This document shows positions 60,003 to 64,000 of a DNA stretch of 64,000 nucleotides, one piece after another. The position numbers were made by a program, and so were the translations under genes. Within the stretch, counting starts at the first letter, position 1, and the number at the start of each line of letters is the position of its first letter. Below the pieces are notes generated by a model. That model was given only the letters and a program-made list of their open reading frames with translations, was not told the origin of the DNA and did no database searches. This DNA comes from Thermodesulfovibrionales bacterium (lineage in GTDB: Bacteria; Nitrospirota; Thermodesulfovibrionia; Thermodesulfovibrionales; SM23-35), in assembly GCA_963715195.1 (NCBI GenBank), contig CAVQRT010000007.1:64001-128000 (forward strand), in the 5' to 3' direction.

Positions 60003-60168
60003 AAAAAAGTGGTGCTTGCCTCCCCCCCAAAACCCAGCTTATTGTACATCCTGAGACATACAGCTTAAGACTTTCACGTCTACAACCTTACGTCTACGAC
60101 CTTACAACATATGCTGAGTTAGAGAGGAGGAAGAGCACCACTTATCGAAATCTCACTCTTCTTAACAT
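60003..60168 (-). ncRNA. Candidate structured RNA: long irregular hairpin followed by a U-tract
   Basis: Arms 60143-60113 and 60038-60007 pair, and inner helices continue to the loop AGAC-GUGAAA-GUCU. At least six G.U pairs form only on the minus strand. U6 at the 3' end; TTGACA-N17-TATAAG upstream. Confidence 0.6.
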
Positions 60169-60277
60169 ACTTATACTCCCATTTAAAGTGGTTGTCAAGT
60201 TTTTTTGTTGACAATAAATTATTGAGAAAGGAAATAGGCTTTGACGGTTGCAGGAAGGTCTCTGTCCGATAGGGTGT

Positions 60278-61165
60278 CTAAGCGGTCTGTTTTTTTCTTT
60301 TCTGCTGATACATATATTCATCAGCTTGGGATAAGAGCTCATCAATGGTACAAGGAGACCAAGAATTAAAGTATGCTACCCCGGTGCTTATTGACAGCCC
60401 ATATTCACGGGCACTTTTTATATTGTCCATATCTACTGCTTTTTGAAAACGGTTTATAATGAGATCTATATTGTCACCTCTGTTTCCAATCGGCATGACG
60501 ACAAATTCATCCCCACCCATCCGGGCTATAATGTCAGAACCACGAAAATTTTGCTTCAGGATATTCGCAACATCAATTAATGCCCAATCCCCTTTTTGAT
60601 GACCAAATGTATCATTGATACTCTTTAAATCATCCAAGTCAGCGTAAAGCATGTATAAACCTTCTTGCCTGCGCTTAGCCTGTTTCAGTAAATGTTCAGC
60701 TAAGGTGAAGAACCCTCGGCGATTGTACAGACCAGTCAGTTCGTCATGGAGTGATATTCTATAAAGGTTTTCATGCTTCTTAGCGTGTTCCATCCTTGCG
60801 ATAAGCTCCTGAAAGCCGAAGGGCTTCTTGATGAAATCCGATGCTCCGGCTACCATTGCATCTTCGTAGGAAAACTCATCAATAAACCCGGTCATAAGGA
60901 TTACTACGATATCAGGGTTAAGTTTTTTGATTTTTCCCGTGAGTTCAAAGCCATTTGTATCAGGGAGGTTAATGTCAATGACTATGCTGTGAAAATAATT
61001 TTTATTTATGAAGTTGAGAGCCGTGACAGCATCAATAGCGGTTTCACACAGATACCCCCTTAGGGATAGTCCTTTTTGCAACATGTCACGTAAAATGGCA
61101 TCATCATCAACAATGAGAACACGCCTTTGATTTGATATCACATATGGAAGTTGTGCGTTATCCAT
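60278..61165 (-). CDS. Response-regulator diguanylate cyclase (REC-GGDEF)
   Basis: VDDD/D/K receiver residues, DELTGLYNRR, I-site RGSD, intact GGDEF. Confidence 0.93.
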   Translation of the reverse strand: MDNAQLPYVISNQRRVLIVDDDAILRDMLQKGLSLRGYLCETAIDAVTALNFINKNYFHSIVIDINLPDTNGFELTGKIKKLNPDIVVILMTGFIDEFSYEDAMVAGASDFIKKPFGFQELIARMEHAKKHENLYRISLHDELTGLYNRRGFFTLAEHLLKQAKRRQEGLYMLYADLDDLKSINDTFGHQKGDWALIDVANILKQNFRGSDIIARMGGDEFVVMPIGNRGDNIDLIINRFQKAVDMDNIKSAREYGLSISTGVAYFNSWSPCTIDELLSQADEYMYQQKRKKQTA

Positions 61166-61245
61166 GCTCTTTTCCTCACCTTTTGAACCTTCTCCGTGTA
61201 TGACTCATCTTGCTTATATTGTATGGGTTTCATGGCAGACAGCAA

Positions 61246-61300
61246 TCCTACCCAAGTAGGAGCATAAACAACTAATAATCATTCTCCTACGCTGGTAGGA
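61246..61300. promoter_or_regulatory. Two palindromic TCCTAC-N4-GTAGGA operator-like boxes
   Basis: TCCTACccaaGTAGGA (61246-61261) and TCCTACgctgGTAGGA (61285-61300) between divergent regulator genes. Confidence 0.7.
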
Positions 61301-61378
61301 TTGATTTCCATGATGTGATGAAGCAGAATTTAATCAAAGGAGACGCTAACTGTTCAATAAAAAAAACGGAGGGCAGCT

Positions 61379-62044
61379 GTGATAAATAATAATCCTACAG
61401 CATTTCGTCAATTACCAAGTGCCAAGATGAATGAGGATAAAACGCTGCGTGGAGGAAAAACAGTTCAGAGGGGGAAGGTACTTATTGTTGACGATGAGAT
61501 TGACGTAGTAAGAACTTTACAGACATATCTTTCAGAGAATGGCTATAAGACGTTTGGTTGCATATCAGCAAAGGGAGCTCTTGAGGCAATAAAGAAATAT
61601 GATTTTGACCTTCTCCTGATAGACCTTGTGATGCCTGAAATGAACGGGATTGAACTATTGAAGGCAGCATTGGAAATAGACCCTCACCTTATCGGAATTA
61701 TCATCACGGGTAAGGGAACAATTCAAACTGCTGTTGATGCGATGAAGGCGGGTGCTTTTGATTACTTATTAAAACCCTTTAAGTTTGAAATGCTATCTCC
61801 GATACTTGACCGTGCAATGAAGGTGAGAGAGTTAATGAAATCGGAGGATAAGTGCCGCTCCCTTGCAGAGGAGCTGCATTACAAGGTTAGAGAGCTTCAA
61901 AATACCCATGATAAAGGTTCAGGTGGGGAACTTGAAGTTTTTGAACTGAGAGAAGAAGTGGAATCACTGAAGGAAGAATTAGAGAAATATAAAGAAGCGG
62001 AGAAAAACATGTTTTTTAATGGCAGCGGATTTGGTAACTATTAG
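61379..62044 (+). CDS. Response regulator: receiver domain plus coiled coil, no recognisable output domain
   Basis: LIVDDE, DLVMPEMNG, AMKAGAFDYLLKP, then an E/K-rich coiled coil; RBS ggagg. Confidence 0.85.
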   Translation: MINNNPTAFRQLPSAKMNEDKTLRGGKTVQRGKVLIVDDEIDVVRTLQTYLSENGYKTFGCISAKGALEAIKKYDFDLLLIDLVMPEMNGIELLKAALEIDPHLIGIIITGKGTIQTAVDAMKAGAFDYLLKPFKFEMLSPILDRAMKVRELMKSEDKCRSLAEELHYKVRELQNTHDKGSGGELEVFELREEVESLKEELEKYKEAEKNMFFNGSGFGNY

Positions 62045-62555
62045 AAATTCTTTCATTACAATTACTAGCGTCAGAAGTGTGTTTTGATCCTTGGGGCTGT
62101 TTCTCGGCCTTTTTGCACCCATTAATGAATGACAATACAATAATCACTGACAATGACAGAACTATAAATAAAGTCTTTTTCAATAACTATCATCTCCTTT
62201 CTGAAGAGTCATTATATTATGTATTATCGTTAGTAATCTGCGATCTTAAGAAGAGTCACGATGCATTGACTGAGATGAGGAAGGATTATAGAACCTATAT
62301 GCTGAGTATCAGACTGCATCATTAGTAGATGTGGGATGGTCTTCAGGCAGGCGTACGAGGATCCAGGGTGCATACATCGACACCTTTGCCCCTAGCCGAT
62401 TTGCTGATGGAAATCGTGCGGCCTCGCTTCTTTGCCAACTTGAGTGCTCGAAAATCATGTCCTCGGTCACTTGGCGGATAATCTGCTGGGTGTCTTGTTT
62501 TGACTAAGCTTCGTCATAAAAATGAAATAGGTGATTTAGGTTATAGGAAATTTCT

Positions 62556-62732
62556 TTATGCTCTCTTATCAAGCACATCTTGCTGGACATAATCCGTGTA
62601 GGCCATCAGAAAAGTCAACAGATCTGGCTGGTTTTTACCCATGGCAACCATCTCTTTATTTGCCCTGTCCGGTGTAAATCTTGCAACTTGCTGCCAGGTT
62701 TTCTCCACGAATCCTTCAGATAAGGGATCCAT
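62556..62732 (-). pseudogene. Short ORF or possible truncated gene remnant (58 aa)
   Basis: RBS aagggagg, then MDPLSEGFVEKTWQQVARFTPDRANKEMVAMGKNQPDLLTFLMAYTDYVQQDVLDKRA*; below the ORF-track cutoff. Confidence 0.4.
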
Positions 62733-62923
62733 TTAACCAACTACCTCCCTTCTAAATGCTTTATTAGAATCGTCGATATTATACCTGATTGTGTATGCGC
62801 TACTTTCAAGAAGAGGATTTCCGGTTAACAGCAAAGTATTGTAGAGAGATTCCCATGCAGGTTCAGGGATTATTTTCATCCTGCCTATCATATCTAAACA
62901 GCGCAAACCTGCTCAACCTGTTC

Positions 62924-62971
62924 TTGACTGAACTCATCTGATCACATATTATTAATAAGAATTTATTCTAA
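62924..62971 (+). promoter_or_regulatory. Sigma70 promoter with downstream AT-rich palindrome before the ferritin-like gene
   Basis: TTGACT-N17-TATTAT (62924-62952); TAAGAAT-TT-ATTCTAA (62956-62971). Confidence 0.55.
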
Positions 62972-62992
62972 AAATTTAAAGGGGGTTATGAT

Positions 62993-63859
62993 ATGAAAAA
63001 GACAGAATTGATAGAAATGCTCAACCGTGATCTTGCGGATGAACATGCAGCAATTATCCGCTATCTCGCTCACGGATGGATGGAGGGAGAGGATACCCCA
63101 ATTGGAGCGAGCCTGATATCCCGTTCAAGAGAGGAAATGTGGCATATGCACTGGCTGGGTATGATCATAGGGCAATTGGGCGGCAGTATCAATTTTAAAC
63201 CAGCTCCGTATCCTCATGATCCGACAAACAGAAAAACCATATTCAAATCGTATGTTGCATATGAAGAGAATCTGGTGCCTCATTATAACAAGCAGGCTGA
63301 TATGGTAAGCGATCCTCATGTGAAACGCGTTTTAAAGAGGGAAGCCTGGGAATCCGCATATCACGCAAAGAAGTTTCAGCGGATACTCGATAAATTGAGT
63401 CCGGATCAGGCAAAGAGTTCTCCCGGAGGAGAACGGGAACTGCCGGAAAGTTTTCTTGAACTCCTTCAGAAGGAGGTAACTAGTAAATATCAGGAAATGC
63501 TCCGGCATATCGGCTGCTCCTGGACGTTTCAGAAAAAGAGTCTATTAGCGTGGAATCTCATGGACCAGGCCATGGGAAAGATGAAGCAGCTTTCCCATTT
63601 CGCAGAGGATATCGGCGGCAACGGTATCCCGGTGGAATTCAAGCCTGGAAAGATCGATATCACAAAAGTTTTCGGAACTTCCGTCAAAAAGGCAGCGGGG
63701 GATGTTTTGAAAGCTCATGGCAGGCACCGCAAAATCATGCGGGACAGTGAGTTTCAGAAACATGCCGGATTGGTCATCAACCTTGATCTTACCATCCGGC
63801 AGGAAGAGTACCAGGCAGAGGAACTCAAGGGTATACTTACTGATGCAGCAAGAAAATAA
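62993..63859 (+). CDS. Tandem two-domain ferritin-like (bacterioferritin-related) protein
   Basis: Domain 1: [25 protein letters not shown]. Domain 2 has a similar pattern but degenerate. Confidence 0.78.
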   Translation: MKKTELIEMLNRDLADEHAAIIRYLAHGWMEGEDTPIGASLISRSREEMWHMHWLGMIIGQLGGSINFKPAPYPHDPTNRKTIFKSYVAYEENLVPHYNKQADMVSDPHVKRVLKREAWESAYHAKKFQRILDKLSPDQAKSSPGGERELPESFLELLQKEVTSKYQEMLRHIGCSWTFQKKSLLAWNLMDQAMGKMKQLSHFAEDIGGNGIPVEFKPGKIDITKVFGTSVKKAAGDVLKAHGRHRKIMRDSEFQKHAGLVINLDLTIRQEEYQAEELKGILTDAARK

Positions 63860-64000
63860 ATCGGCAGGGCAGGGCAAATCAGTTCTGTCTCAAAGAGCTG
63901 GAAAGATTAAGCCGTCGCCGACTCTCGCGATGGATGCGAAGGCAAAGGCAATGAAGGCATCCGGAGTGGATATTGTGAATTTCGGCGTTGGCGAGCCTGA
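63843..64000 (+). CDS. Class I/II PLP aminotransferase (aspartate aminotransferase-like), partial
   Basis: Manual translation: [52 protein letters not shown]... Confidence 0.85.
   Translation, partial: MQQENKSAGQGKSVLSQRAGKIKPSPTLAMDAKAKAMKASGVDIVNFGVGEP

Noticed and set aside
60075..60110. Short tandem repeats as a possible CRISPR array
   Set aside because: Only a 7/14-nt periodicity, with no spacers and no cas genes.
60003..60143. Hairpin as SRP RNA, 6S RNA or c-di-GMP riboswitch
   Set aside because: No SRP GGAA tetraloop with its conserved internal loop, no large central bubble, and no recognisable c-di-GMP-I two-stem motif. Judged by eye; needs cmscan.
62077..62325. 82-aa ORF in the AT-rich segment
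   Set aside because: No RBS or motif; likely spurious.
1..64000. Selenocysteine read-through, inteins or introns in the redox genes, RNRs and RecA
   Set aside because: Catalytic positions inspected are Cys codons, and the RNRs and RecA show no large insertions.

Overview
A 64 kb chromosomal window from a diderm bacterium. The gene content and order suggest an anaerobic Nitrospirota (Thermodesulfovibrionia-like) or deltaproteobacterial-type organism; this is an inference. Most of it is housekeeping: envC-ftsX-ftsE, split transketolase, trpBA-accD-folC-lptD, carB, argH, pgpA-thpR-recA-pilT-recX-alaS, mobA-tatA-alr-mlaEFD and rlmN. Metal and redox genes are interspersed: two class II ribonucleotide reductases, a multiheme cytochrome, an AmmeMemoRadiSam pair, ferritin-like proteins, arsC and CooT. 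An AT-richer accessory stretch (~58.6-63 kb) carries a REC-GGDEF / REC-only regulator pair. No rRNA, tRNA, CRISPR array, transposase or prophage was recognised. The main leads are: (1) an unannotated ~140-nt long-hairpin RNA at 60003-60168 with strand-specific G.U pairs, a U-tract, and an overlapping promoter or Arg-rich leader ORF; (2) a second NrdJ lacking the C-terminal Cys domain, coupled to a di-iron ferritin-like gene; (3) a contracted CXCH heme motif in a multiheme cytochrome; (4) an aeRF1-like protein lacking the catalytic Gln; (5) a PA2779-substrate / C39 peptidase / TPR lipoprotein module; (6) several leaderless genes; and (7) a dispersed GTCATTCCGG palindrome family plus heptamer repeats. 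All calls come from motif recognition by eye, without database searches.
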